Source: an uncultured Chloroflexia bacterium
GTDB taxonomy: Bacteria; Chloroflexota; Limnocylindria; Limnocylindrales; CSP1-4
Direction: 5' to 3'
Assembly (NCBI GenBank): GCA_963746845.1
Contig: CAVVCZ010000005.1
Span: 320,001 to 384,000, forward strand
Length of the DNA: 64,000 nt
Each line of letters starts with the position of its first letter. Positions within the stretch are counted from its first letter, which is position 1. Shown in pieces: positions 1 to 9,604 of this stretch. The position numbers and the translations under genes are program-made. The notes under the pieces are model-generated. The model had not been told where the DNA came from, did not search any database, and was given only the letters and a program-made list of their open reading frames with translations.

Positions 1-3000
1 GGCAGCGCCGGAGCATCGGTCGCCACGACGACCGGCATCGAGAGCCCGGCCGGCTCGACGAGCCAGACGGCGGCCGTGAGCGCGGCGAGATCGCCGAGGA
101 GGCGGTCTGCCAGCCGTGAGCCGGCGGCCCGCTGGCCCTCGAGGAGCGCGATCAGTTCCTCGACGAGCTCCGGCCCGTCCTCCCGCTCCACCGCGATGGC
201 GGCCAGCCGATGGGCCCCGACGCTGCGCGTGTCGAGGGCCGCAAGATGACGGCCGTCCGGATCGAACAGGAAGGCACGGCCGCCGGTCATCCCGGCCCCG
301 AAGTTCGCCCCGACCGGTCCCAGCACCACGACCGTTCCGCCCGTCATGTACTCGCAGCCGTGCGGGCCGAGGCCCTCCACGACCGCCCGAGCACCGGAGT
401 TCCGCACGGCGAACCGCATCCCGGCCCGCCCCACGACATGCAGCCGCCCGCCCGTCGCACCGTACAAGCAGGTGTTGCCCGCGATCGCCTGGCGATGCGG
501 CTCTGCGGCGAGCCGGGGCTCCGGCGCGATGACGACGGTGCCGCCGGACAGGCCCTTGGCCACGTAGTCGTTCGCCTGCCCGACGAGCCGCAGCTGGACG
601 CCCGGGCCCGTGAAGGCGCCGAACGACTGGCCGGCCGCGCCACGCAGCCCGAGCGCGATCGGCCCGGCGAGGTCGCCCCGCTCGATCGCCCCGGTCAGAC
701 CGGCGCCGAAGGATCGGTCGGCCGTCGACAGCGCGAGCCCGTCGGCCCGGAACCCGGACTGGCCGCGGAGCGCCGCCACGAGCCGTCGTTCGAGCGGACT
801 GGCCTCACCGTGCTGGACGTCGCGACCCGCCGATTCCGGCGCTCGTCGTCGGGCGGGGCTCGCGGTCCACGACGCCGCACCGACGACCGGCGCCAGGTCC
901 AGCGTCTGCAGCCGGCGATCCGGCACGAGGAACCGGCGCGATTCGCCGACCAGCTCGCCGACCTCGCGCGCGCCGACGGCCGCCATCTCGATCCGCAGGC
1001 TCTCGGCCAGGGCGAGCGCAAACCGCTCGACCTGGTCGGGCGTGCCGGCGAACTTGGCCCGCAGGTCCTCGCGCTGCGTCGCGATCCCGGTCGGACACGT
1101 GTCGAGATGGCACTGACGGGCCATGTCGCAGCCGACCGCAACGAGCATCGCCGTCCCGAACGCGAACTCCTCGGCGCCGAGGAGCGCGGCGATCAGCAGA
1201 TCCCGGCCGGTGCGGAGCCCGCCGTCCGTGCGAAGTGCCACGCGGTCGCGCAGCCCGTTCCGGAGCAGGGTCTGGTGGACCTCGGCCAGGCCGAGCTCCC
1301 ACGGCGCTCCGACGTGCTTGATCGAGCTGAGCGGCGAGGCCCCCGTCCCGCCCGCATGCCCCGACAGGTGGACATACGTGGCGCCCGCCTTCGCGACGCC
1401 GGCCGCGATCGTCCCGACGCCGCGGCTCGCGACGAGCTTGACGCCGATCCGAGCGGCCGGGTTGATCGCCCGGAGGTCGGCGATCAGCTGGGCGAGGTCC
1501 TCGATCGAGTAGATGTCGTGGTGCGGCGGCGGGCTGATGTAGCTCATCCCGGGCTGGCCGCGCCGGAGCGATGCGATCCAGGCGGTCGCCTTCTTTGCGG
1601 GCAGCTGGCCGCCCTCGCCGGGCTTCGAGCCCTGGGCGATCTTGATCTCGAGCTGCTCGCCGCGGGCGAGGTAGGTGGCGGTCACGCCGAACCGGGCCGA
1701 GGCGACCTGCTTGATCCGGGCGTCATGGCGCTCGCCGTTCGGTCCCGGGCTGTACCAGCCCGGGTCCTCGCCGCCCTCGCCGGTGTTCGCGGCGCCGCCG
1801 GCCCGCTGGATCCCGATCGTCAGCGCCTGGTGGGCCTCGGGCGACAACGCGCCGACGGACATCGCGCTCACGACGAACCGGCGGGCGATCGAGCGCGCGG
1901 GCTCGACCTTCGCGAGCGGGATCGGGTCGTGGCCGCGCGGGCGGCGGATCCGGAAGAGGTCCCGGACCACGGTCGGGGTCGCGGCGACGGCGGGCGTCGT
2001 GGCCGGCGCCGCGGGATCGACGGCCTCGGGCGCGAACCCGGACGCCGCCTGGATGGTCGCAACGACCTTCGGTGCGTAGCGGTGGACCTCGCCATCGGCG
2101 CGGAACCGGGCGAACCCCGGGTCCTGGAGCTTGTTCGCGGGCGTCTCCGGGGCGATGGATCGCGAGGCGGCTCGCCGGCGCAGCTGACGCTCGGCCAGCT
2201 CCGCGAGCCCGACCCGGCCCGTCCACGCGGGGGCCGCCGGGAAGCACCGATCACGCACGTCGGCCGCGAGCTCGACCGACTCGAACAGCCCACCGCCGAT
2301 GTACGAGGCCGCGGTGCTGATCCCCATCCGGGCGAGCGTCTTGCGCAGGCCGGCGTCGAACGCGTCGATCAGGTTGCCGACGGTGGCGGCCGCATCGAGA
2401 TCCTCGGCGCCCCGGCCGCCTGCCAGCTCGGTCGCCAGCTCCACCGCGAGCCACGGAACGACGACGGTGGCACCCGTCGCGAGGACCATCGCGGCGCCAT
2501 GGACGTCGAGGACGTCGGCCGCCTCGACCACGACATCGGCCCGGCCCCGGAGCCCGGCCCGGGTCAGCGCCGTGTGGACGGCGCCCGCCGCGAGGATCGA
2601 GGGCACGGGCAGCCGGTCGGCGTGATAACCCCGGTCGCTCACGACGAGAAGGTCGATCCGGCCGCCGGCCGCGGCCACCGCTTCCGCGGCGAGGCGATCG
2701 AGGGCGGACGCGAGACCCGCCGGCCCGTCGATCGCCGCCCAGGTCGCATCCAGCCGACGCGTCGGACCGGGGAAGGCGCGGAGGAGTGCCGGGAGGTCCG
2801 CGAGGAACGGGCGCTCGAGCCGGAGCGTCCGCGACGCGCGCGGCGGGCCGCCGAGCAGGGGCGAGCGACGGCCCAGCTCGACCCGGAGATCCATGACGGC
2901 CCGCTCGCGCTCCGGGTCGATCGGCGGGTTCGTCACCTGGGCGAACGACTGGCGGAGGTGGTCGGCGATCGGCCGGTCGATCCGCCCGAGCGCCGGCGTC

Positions 3001-4562
3001 GGTGTGTCGTCGCCCATGCTCCACAGGGGCTCGTGCCCCTCGAGAGCCATCGTCCGGATGTCGAGGCGGGCGTTCTCCGCGTGCAGACCGGCGAGGAACC
3101 GCAGATCCGAGGTCGTCTCCGGCCCGGACGCGGCCGGTGCGAGGGACGAGTCATCCTCGCCGACCGGGGGATCGGCGTGGGTGGGGCGGGGCGCGTCGTG
3201 GATCGGCAGGCGCCGGAGGAGGTGCGCCTTCGCCTCCGCGTCCTCGAGGATCAGCCCGCGCCCGGGCTCGACGAGGAACAGCTCGCCCGGTCCGAGACGA
3301 CCGCGCCGGACCGTCTCCTCGGGGCGCAGCGGGATCGCACCCGCCTCGCTTGCAACCGCGACGAGCCGGTCCCGGGTGACCGCGAACGCGGCCGGCCGGA
3401 GCCCGTTCCGATCGGCGATGGCCCCGACGCGCCGGCCGTCGCCGAAGACGATCGCGGCCGGACCGTCCCATGGCGCGAGGAACCCGGCGGTCCGGCGGCG
3501 CAGCGCGGCGACATGCGGATGGGGCGCACGACGCAGCCCGAGCGCCTCGGGCATCGCCGTCAGGAGTGCCGAGCCGAGATCCCAGCCCGTCGCCACGAGG
3601 AGCTCCAGCATCTCGTCGAGCGACTGGGAATCGGAGCCGTCCGCCGTGAGGAGGGGACCGGACGTGCGCAGCTCGGCGGCCACGGTCGCCGACGCCCCGA
3701 TCGGGTCGCCCGCCCGTCCGCGTACCTGGGCGCGATTGCCGCGGACCGTGTTGATCTCGCCATTGTGGGCGATCGTCCGGAACGGCTGGGCGAGGCGCCA
3801 CGTCGGCTGGGTGTTCGTGGCGTAGCGCTGGTGGAAGAGGGCGTACGGCACGCGGATGGCGGGCGAGCGGAGATCCGGGAAGAGATCGGGCAGCCGGGCG
3901 CCCGTCACCAGGCCCTTGTAGACGATCGTCCGGCACGAGGCGGACGGGATCGCGATGACCTCGCCGAGCCCGGCCGTGCGGGCCGCCGTCTCGAGCCGTC
4001 GGCGGAGGACGACGAGCCGCGCCTCGAACGCGGCGTCGGACATCGGGGCGGCCGAGCCGGGCGCCGGCGGTCGATGGATGAACGCCTGGACGAACGCGGG
4101 CCGGCAGGCCCGGGCCGCGGCCCCGAGGGCCGACGGGTCGACCGGCACGGTCCGCCAGTCGATCACCGCGAGACCGGACGCGCGGATCGCCTCGGCGACG
4201 AGCCGGCGCGCGGCGCCGGCGCGGGCGCCGGGCCCGGTCCGCGGAAGGAAGAGCTGGAGAACGCCGGGTCGTTCGGCGCTCCATGTCGAGTCCAGGCCGA
4301 GGGCGCCGAGGACGGTGGGATCAAGGGGGAGCGAGACGCCGGCGCCATCCGATGACGCGCCGTCGGCCCCGAACGCCCCGCGGTGGGCCAGGGCGGCCAG
4401 GCCGCCGAGCGCCAGGGGGAGGACCTCCGCCCGGCGGCTCCCGCCGGCGTCCGCGACGAACCCGATGCCGCACGCGTCGTGCTCGAACGCCGGGTCGTAG
4501 AGCGGCGCGACGACGTCGTCCGATCGACGGCGAGGGCGACGCTGTGGCGGTTCGACGGTCAT
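1..4562 (-). CDS. gltB: Glutamate synthase large subunit (3' end runs off the window)
   Basis: Manual reverse-strand translation from ATG 4562 gives LYDPAFEHDACGIG (N-terminal Cys of the GATase domain), LEIKIAQGSKPGEGGQLP and GCEYMTGG. The first and last motifs were checked to be in the same frame. It is absent from the ORF track, consistent with no stop before position 1. Confidence 0.95.
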   Translation of the reverse strand, partial: MTVEPPQRRPRRRSDDVVAPLYDPAFEHDACGIGFVADAGGSRRAEVLPLALGGLAALAHRGAFGADGASSDGAGVSLPLDPTVLGALGLDSTWSAERPGVLQLFLPRTGPGARAGAARRLVAEAIRASGLAVIDWRTVPVDPSALGAAARACRPAFVQAFIHRPPAPGSAAPMSDAAFEARLVVLRRRLETAARTAGLGEVIAIPSASCRTIVYKGLVTGARLPDLFPDLRSPAIRVPYALFHQRYATNTQPTWRLAQPFRTIAHNGEINTVRGNRAQVRGRAGDPIGASATVAAELRTSGPLLTADGSDSQSLDEMLELLVATGWDLGSALLTAMPEALGLRRAPHPHVAALRRRTAGFLAPWDGPAAIVFGDGRRVGAIADRNGLRPAAFAVTRDRLVAVASEAGAIPLRPEETVRRGRLGPGELFLVEPGRGLILEDAEAKAHLLRRLPIHDAPRPTHADPPVGEDDSSLAPAASGPETTSDLRFLAGLHAENARLDIRTMALEGHEPLWSMGDDTPTPALGRIDRPIADHLRQSFAQVTNPPIDPERERAVMDLRVELGRRSPLLGGPPRASRTLRLERPFLADLPALLRAFPGPTRRLDATWAAIDGPAGLASALDRLAAEAVAAAGGRIDLLVVSDRGYHADRLPVPSILAAGAVHTALTRAGLRGRADVVVEAADVLDVHGAAMVLATGATVVVPWLAVELATELAGGRGAEDLDAAATVGNLIDAFDAGLRKTLARMGISTAASYIGGGLFESVELAADVRDRCFPAAPAWTGRVGLAELAERQLRRRAASRSIAPETPANKLQDPGFARFRADGEVHRYAPKVVATIQAASGFAPEAVDPAAPATTPAVAATPTVVRDLFRIRRPRGHDPIPLAKVEPARSIARRFVVSAMSVGALSPEAHQALTIGIQRAGGAANTGEGGEDPGWYSPGPNGERHDARIKQVASARFGVTATYLARGEQLEIKIAQGSKPGEGGQLPAKKATAWIASLRRGQPGMSYISPPPHHDIYSIEDLAQLIADLRAINPAARIGVKLVASRGVGTIAAGVAKAGATYVHLSGHAGGTGASPLSSIKHVGAPWELGLAEVHQTLLRNGLRDRVALRTDGGLRTGRDLLIAALLGAEEFAFGTAMLVAVGCDMARQCHLDTCPTGIATQREDLRAKFAGTPDQVERFALALAESLRIEMAAVGAREVGELVGESRRFLVPDRRLQTLDLAPVVGAASWTASPARRRAPESAGRDVQHGEASPLERRLVAALRGQSGFRADGLALSTADRSFGAGLTGAIERGDLAGPIALGLRGAAGQSFGAFTGPGVQLRLVGQANDYVAKGLSGGTVVIAPEPRLAAEPHRQAIAGNTCLYGATGGRLHVVGRAGMRFAVRNSGARAVVEGLGPHGCEYMTGGTVVVLGPVGANFGAGMTGGRAFLFDPDGRHLAALDTRSVGAHRLAAIAVEREDGPELVEELIALLEGQRAAGSRLADRLLGDLAALTAAVWLVEPAGLSMPVVVATDAPAL

Positions 4563-4608
4563 CCGGACGGTGACTCCGATGGTCCGTCGGCGTTGGACCG
4601 ACGGTGGC

Positions 4609-4716
4609 TCGACCGACCGCCCGGGAGGAGCCGGACGGTCGGTCGATGGGTGGTGGGTCGGCGGGAGCCGACCGAGGGACGACGGCGGGCCGGGAGGTCT
4701 CCGGCCCGCCGTCGTC
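4609..4716 (-). terminator. Intergenic stem-loop cluster between amtB and gltB (possible terminator, processing or stability element)
   Basis: Perfect 16-bp stem at 4678-4716 immediately after the amtB stop; 16-bp stem at 4609-4646 with minus-strand loop CUCCUC. No U-tract. Confidence 0.45.
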
Positions 4717-4719
4717 GGA

Positions 4720-5949
4720 TCAGCCCTGGTAGGCCACCTCGCCATGGACGGCGAGGTCGATGCCGAGCTCCTCGTCCTTGGCCGAGATCCGGATCCCGAG
4801 GACGAGATCGACGACCTTGACAATCACGAAGGTGGCGACGACGGCGTAGGCGATCGTCGCGACGACCGCGACCAGCTGGGTCAGGACCTGGCCCGGATTG
4901 CCGTCGATCAGGCCGGAGTAGGCCGACTGGATGGCGGAGGTGGCGAAGACGCCGGTCGCGATGGCCCCGAAGACGCCGCCGACCCCGTGGACCGCGAAGA
5001 CGTCCAGCGCGTCATCGACCTTGAGTCGAGCGCGGAGGAGCGTCGCGCTGTAGCACAGCCCGCCCGCGACGAGACCGATGATGATCGCCCCACCGGGGGT
5101 CACGTAGCCGGAGGCCGGCGTGATCGCGACAAGCCCCGCGACGGCGCCGCACGCCGCGCCGACGACGCTGACCTTGCGGTGGTGTAGATAGCTCGCGCCG
5201 ACCCAGGTCAGGGTCGCCGCCGCGGCGGCGGTGTTCGTGACGATGAACGCGCTCGCGGCGAGCCCGCCGGCCGTCACTGCCGACCCGGCGTTGAAGCCGA
5301 ACCAGCCGAACCACAGGAGACCCGCGCCCAGGATGGTCATCGGGATGTCGTGCGGCTCCATCCGGTCGCCGTTGATGACGCGCCGGCCGATCAGGAGAGC
5401 GACGATCAGCGCCGAGAGACCGGACGAGGCGTGGACGACGGTGCCGCCCGCAAAGTCCAGGGCGCCCAGCTTGTACAGCCAGCCGTCGGTCGCCCAGACC
5501 CAGTGCGCGATCGGGGAGTACACGAGGATCGACCAGAGGATCGTGAAGAGAACGAAGGACGCGAAGCGCTTGCGCTCGGCGAAGGCGCCCGTGATCAGCG
5601 CGGGCGTGATCGCGGCGAACATCAGCTGGAAGGCCGCGAACAGGACGAACGGGATCGTCGTCGCGTAGATCGTGCTCGGCTCGAGCCCCACGTTGAAGAA
5701 CCCGACAAAGTCGAGGTTGCCGACGAGCCCGGGGATCCCGAACAGGTTGGCATCCGGGGCGAAGGCGAGGCTGAACCCGATCAGGATCCAGACGATGCTC
5801 ACGATCGCCAGCCCGAAGAAGCTGTGCATGATCGTCGAGAGGACGTTCTTGCGCCGGACGAGGCCACCGTAGAACAGGGCCAGACCGGGCAACATGATCA
5901 TGACGAGCGCTGTAGCCGCCAGCATCCAGGCGGTATCGCCGCTATCCAT
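4720..5949 (-). CDS. amtB: Ammonium transporter
   Basis: MDSGDTAWML start with GGAGG RBS; motifs PGLALFYGG, DFAGGTVVH, LLWFGWFGFNAGS, DDALDVFAVHG. Confidence 0.97.
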   Translation of the reverse strand: MDSGDTAWMLAATALVMIMLPGLALFYGGLVRRKNVLSTIMHSFFGLAIVSIVWILIGFSLAFAPDANLFGIPGLVGNLDFVGFFNVGLEPSTIYATTIPFVLFAAFQLMFAAITPALITGAFAERKRFASFVLFTILWSILVYSPIAHWVWATDGWLYKLGALDFAGGTVVHASSGLSALIVALLIGRRVINGDRMEPHDIPMTILGAGLLWFGWFGFNAGSAVTAGGLAASAFIVTNTAAAAATLTWVGASYLHHRKVSVVGAACGAVAGLVAITPASGYVTPGGAIIIGLVAGGLCYSATLLRARLKVDDALDVFAVHGVGGVFGAIATGVFATSAIQSAYSGLIDGNPGQVLTQLVAVVATIAYAVVATFVIVKVVDLVLGIRISAKDEELGIDLAVHGEVAYQG

Positions 5950-6076
5950 CAATCCCGTCCTCCGCGCGGCGGCCATGACTCCCGTAGGCCGCTCTGGCGG
6001 GAGGATGGGCGTCACGCGCGGGCGGTTCGCCGCCGGGCGGGTCCCGAAAAGGATGCGATCAGGTTGCGATTGGCTG

Positions 6077-6460
6077 CTACCGGGCCGCGCGCTCCCTCGA
6101 CGCGGCGGTCGCGTCGTTCTCGGCGAGCCGGATCCCGATCACCTTCGTCACCGTTTCGACCGGGATCGGCCGGTTGGCCGGGAAGCGGATCGTCCCGCGG
6201 CCCGCGAGGTACGGCCGGATCTCGTCGCCGAGCGCCTCGACCACCGCGTCGCTCGCCGGAAAGACGCTGTAGTGGTTCTTGTAGGCGTCGTACGAGACCA
6301 GGAAGTGGCCGTGCGTCTTGAACGCCGGCATCTTGTACGAGAGCACCTCATCCGCCTTCGGAGCGGCGGCGCGGATCGTCGCCCGGAGGATGTCCATCGC
6401 CGGGCGCTTGTCCGCCGGCAGCGCGGCGAAGTACTCGTCGACGGTCGTCGGTTCGGCCAT
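6077..6460 (-). CDS. DUF1801 / YdhG-like protein
   Basis: TVDEYFAALP...LRATIRAAAP...SYKMPAF...GTIRFP pattern; GAGGG RBS before ATG 6460. Confidence 0.8.
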   Translation of the reverse strand: MAEPTTVDEYFAALPADKRPAMDILRATIRAAAPKADEVLSYKMPAFKTHGHFLVSYDAYKNHYSVFPASDAVVEALGDEIRPYLAGRGTIRFPANRPIPVETVTKVIGIRLAENDATAASRERAAR

Positions 6461-6537
6461 GTCCGCCCTCCCTCGATGCCATGGATGAGCCACCGGGCTT
6501 CGATCCATGGTGCCATGCGCCGCATACCATCCGCGGC

Positions 6538-7272
6538 ATGACGCTCCACGATCGGGCCCGGTCACTCGCCGACCGCTGGCCCGAGACGCGCCGTCGCCGG
6601 GCGGCGGCCGTGATCGCCATCCTCGCGGTGTTCGTGGCTACGCTCATCGCTTCGTCGCGACTGCTCCGGCTCGTCTTCGAGGACATCGACGTCATCGCCT
6701 ACGTCGGTCTCTTCATCGCCTGCTGGATCGGCGCCGGCGGCGCGCTGGTGCCGGTCCCCGGGGTGCGGCCGATCAGCTGGTTCATGGTCATCCAGCAGTC
6801 CGCCGCGCTCAGCCCCCTGATCGTCATCGCGCTCGCGACGAGCGCGATGGTGCTCGGGCAGTCGTCGTACTTCGCGGCGACTCGGGCGGCGCTCCGCAGG
6901 CAGGCGAGGGCCGGACTCCAGGGCGATCCAGGTGCCGAACCCGCGTCGCCCGAGCCGGCGCCCGCCGAACCCGTTCCCGCGGGGCCGGAACCGGACGAAG
7001 GTGGTCCCGCCGGGGGCGGCCCGCGAGCGTTCCTCACCCGGATGAAGGACGGCGTCGAGGGTCGGGTTCGCCGGCACGCCACGAGCACGGCGTTCCTCGT
7101 GTCCGCCCTCCCGAGCCCGATGACGACGGTGGCCACGACGGCGTCGGCGTCGGCCGGCACCGCCTACGCGAAGTGGGTCGTCCCCACGTTCTGCGGATAT
7201 CTCGTGTTCGTGAGCATCCTCGCGGGCGTCGGGCAGGCCCTGTTCCAGGGCATCCGCGGGCTCGTCACCTGA
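6538..7272 (+). CDS. Membrane protein, DedA/VTT-like
   Basis: Several hydrophobic segments; LVPVPG, MVLGQSSYF and FLVSALPSP resemble DedA/SNARE-associated motifs. Confidence 0.55.
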   Translation: MTLHDRARSLADRWPETRRRRAAAVIAILAVFVATLIASSRLLRLVFEDIDVIAYVGLFIACWIGAGGALVPVPGVRPISWFMVIQQSAALSPLIVIALATSAMVLGQSSYFAATRAALRRQARAGLQGDPGAEPASPEPAPAEPVPAGPEPDEGGPAGGGPRAFLTRMKDGVEGRVRRHATSTAFLVSALPSPMTTVATTASASAGTAYAKWVVPTFCGYLVFVSILAGVGQALFQGIRGLVT

Positions 7273-7960
7273 CGGTCGACCGCTCCGCCTGACCCCGTCT
7301 GGCGGCGCGTTCGAGGCCGTCGAGCACCACATCGAGGCCGTACTCGAACTCGTCACCGTACTCGTACCCGGGCTGCATCACGTGCTCGGTGAGGAACTCG
7401 ACGAGGTTCGGGTACTCGTTGACGGGGAACGGCTCGAGCATGTCCTCCGCGACCGTCGCCGCGTTCGAGGCATCGAACGGCAGGCTCATCTTCGTCAGTG
7501 CGAACCCGTAGATGTAGCTGTCCAGGACGGAGTAGGCGTGGGCGACCATCTCCACGCTGAAGCCGGCCGCCCGGAGCCTGCCGATCACCGCGTCGTGATG
7601 GCGCAAGTTCGCCGGACCCGGACGCCGGCGCGACTCCATCAGGCCGATCGCCCACCGGTGGCGCGCCAGGGCGTCGCGAACCGAGATCGCCCGCCGGCGC
7701 ATCGCGATCTTCCAGTCGCCGCCACCGGACGGCACACCGATCTCGGTGAACACGACGTCGACCATCGCGTCGATGAGGTCGTCCTTGTTGGCGATGTGGC
7801 GGTACAGCGTCATCGGCGCGACGTCGAGCATCTCGGCGAGTGTTCGCATGGAGAGGGCCTCGAGCCCGTCCGCGTCGGCATGGGCGATGGCAGCGCTCAG
7901 CACCCGCTCGCGGCTCAGGCGGACGCGCGGTCCCGCTGTCGATGTCACGCCTGTGGCCAT
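7265..7960 (-). CDS. TetR/AcrR family regulator with TetR_C domain
   Basis: LSRERVLSAAI...GLEALSMRTLAEMLDVAPMTLYRHIANKDDL helix-turn-helix; C-terminal FEYGLDVVLDGL. Confidence 0.92.
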   Translation of the reverse strand: MATGVTSTAGPRVRLSRERVLSAAIAHADADGLEALSMRTLAEMLDVAPMTLYRHIANKDDLIDAMVDVVFTEIGVPSGGGDWKIAMRRRAISVRDALARHRWAIGLMESRRRPGPANLRHHDAVIGRLRAAGFSVEMVAHAYSVLDSYIYGFALTKMSLPFDASNAATVAEDMLEPFPVNEYPNLVEFLTEHVMQPGYEYGDEFEYGLDVVLDGLERAARRGQAERSTVR

Positions 7961-8003
7961 CCAGGAACTCCTCTGTCGTGCTCGAGGAATGAGGCGCTGT
8001 CTC

Positions 8004-8064
8004 TTGACAGCGTACACCGTACGCATTAGCGTACACCATACGCCACGGAGCGTACGCCGTACAT
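8004..8064. promoter_or_regulatory. TTGACA followed by three palindromic operator-like sites (GCGTAC-N3-GTACGC)
   Basis: GCGTACACCGTACGC 8010-8024, GCGTACACCATACGC 8029-8043 and GCGTACGCCGTACAT 8050-8064 lie between the divergent tetR and oxidoreductase genes. Confidence 0.75.
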
Positions 8065-8099
8065 CCAGAGCGGGACAGCCCAGGGAAGTCGAGGCCAGC

Positions 8100-9059
8100 A
8101 TGCAAGCGATCGTTCAAGACCGGTATGGCTCCGCCGAGGTGCTCGAAACCGGCAACGTCGACAAGCCCCGGATCGCCGACGACGAGGTCCTTGTCCACGT
8201 CCGCGCGGCGTCGATCCACCTCGGCGACTGGATCCTCATGACCGGTTCGCCCTTCGTCATGCGCTTCGCGACCGGCATGCGCCGGCCGAAGAACCGTGTG
8301 CCGGGAACCGATGTCGCCGGGACTGTCGAGGCGGTCGGCAAGGATGTGGCCGGGCTTCGGCCGGGCGACGAGGTGTTCGGGTGGTGCACTGGCGCCTTCG
8401 CCGAGTACGCGCGGGCACCCGAGGCCCAGTTCGTCCGGAAGCCGGCCAACCTCACGTTCGAGCAGGCGGCGGCCGTCGGCGTGTCCGCATCGACCGCCCT
8501 GCAGCTGCTTCGCGACGGGGCCAGGGTTCAACCAGGGCAGAAGGTACTGATCAACGGCGCCTCAGGCGGCGTGGGCACGTTCGCCGTTCAGATCGCCAAG
8601 GCCCTCGGAGCCGAGGTCACCGGCGTCACCAGCACGAAGAACGTCGCGATGGTCCGCTCCATCGGAGCCGATCACGTCATCGACTACACCCAGGAGGACT
8701 TCACGGAGGGCGCCGAGCGATACGACGTCATCCTCGACAACGTCGGCAACCACTCGATGGCCCGCACCCGGCGCGCGTTGACGCCGCTTGGAACCCTGAT
8801 CTCGAATGGCGGCGGCCATGCAAGCGGCAAGCTCGGACGGACGATCCGGACGATGCTCGTGTCGAAGTTCGTGAGCCAGCAGGCCGGCCCTTCGGTCAAG
8901 ATCCAGAACCACGACGACCTCGTCGCCTTGCAGGGCTACGTCGAAGCCGGAACGGTGACGCCCGTCATCGACCGGACCTACCCGCTGACCGAGACGCGCC
9001 AGGCGTTCGGGCACGTCGCCGGGGGACATGTCGCGGGCACGGTCGTCCTCACCGTCTGA
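8100..9059 (+). CDS. NAD(P)-dependent medium-chain dehydrogenase/reductase (Zn-independent, quinone reductase-like)
   Basis: MQAIVQDRYGSAEVL, PGTDVAGTV, GAFAEY, VLINGASGGVGTFAVQIAK. Confidence 0.9.
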   Translation: MQAIVQDRYGSAEVLETGNVDKPRIADDEVLVHVRAASIHLGDWILMTGSPFVMRFATGMRRPKNRVPGTDVAGTVEAVGKDVAGLRPGDEVFGWCTGAFAEYARAPEAQFVRKPANLTFEQAAAVGVSASTALQLLRDGARVQPGQKVLINGASGGVGTFAVQIAKALGAEVTGVTSTKNVAMVRSIGADHVIDYTQEDFTEGAERYDVILDNVGNHSMARTRRALTPLGTLISNGGGHASGKLGRTIRTMLVSKFVSQQAGPSVKIQNHDDLVALQGYVEAGTVTPVIDRTYPLTETRQAFGHVAGGHVAGTVVLTV

Positions 9060-9127
9060 CGCCGCGACGCCTCACGACAGCCACCCCACCACCGCAAACC
9101 TCACCCATCGCTCGGAAGGAGCCAATC

Positions 9128-9535
9128 ATGTCCAAGGCAACCGTCACGAAGTTCTTCATCGGCAGCCTGATCGCGTTCGCGGCCGGCGCCGTCGTCACCA
9201 TCATCGCCGTGGCCCTGGCGATGGCGAACGACCTGTTCGTGATGAACGGGTCCGACATCGTCGGGGTCCGAGGTGGCCCGCTGGCGTTGTCCCTGCTCCT
9301 GCTCGGGGTCGCGGGCGGCCTGACGGCCATCGGCGGGATGATCTCCGGCCTGGTGGCCTGGATCGGCGCGCTGCTCAACACGTGGCAGCTCGAGAGCAAG
9401 GCGTGGTTCGCCGTGCTGCTGCTGACCGGGATCTTCAACTTCGGGTTCGTCGCGATGATCGCGTACGTGATCGCCGGACCGGATGGCCGGGCGCCGATCG
9501 CACCGCGCGTCGCAGCGGCGCCGACCGCTGCCTGA
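9128..9535 (+). CDS. Hypothetical membrane protein (3-4 TM)
   Basis: AAGGAG RBS; hydrophobic helices ending in YVIAGPDG. Confidence 0.7.
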   Translation: MSKATVTKFFIGSLIAFAAGAVVTIIAVALAMANDLFVMNGSDIVGVRGGPLALSLLLLGVAGGLTAIGGMISGLVAWIGALLNTWQLESKAWFAVLLLTGIFNFGFVAMIAYVIAGPDGRAPIAPRVAAAPTAA

Positions 9536-9604
9536 CGGCAGCACCAGATGGGCGTCGGCCAGCCCGGCCGGCGCCCGTTCGCCGGTCCTGACACGGAGAC
9601 ACAC

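Noticed and set aside
210-4355. 1381-aa plus-strand ORF
   Set aside because: Antisense shadow of gltB; Arg/Gly/Pro-rich with no motifs. Long shadow ORFs are expected at this GC content.
6121-6131. CGGCGAGCCGG matching the tRNA-Lys 3' end as an att site
   Set aside because: Only 11 bp, nearly all GC, inside an intact CDS; a chance match is likely.
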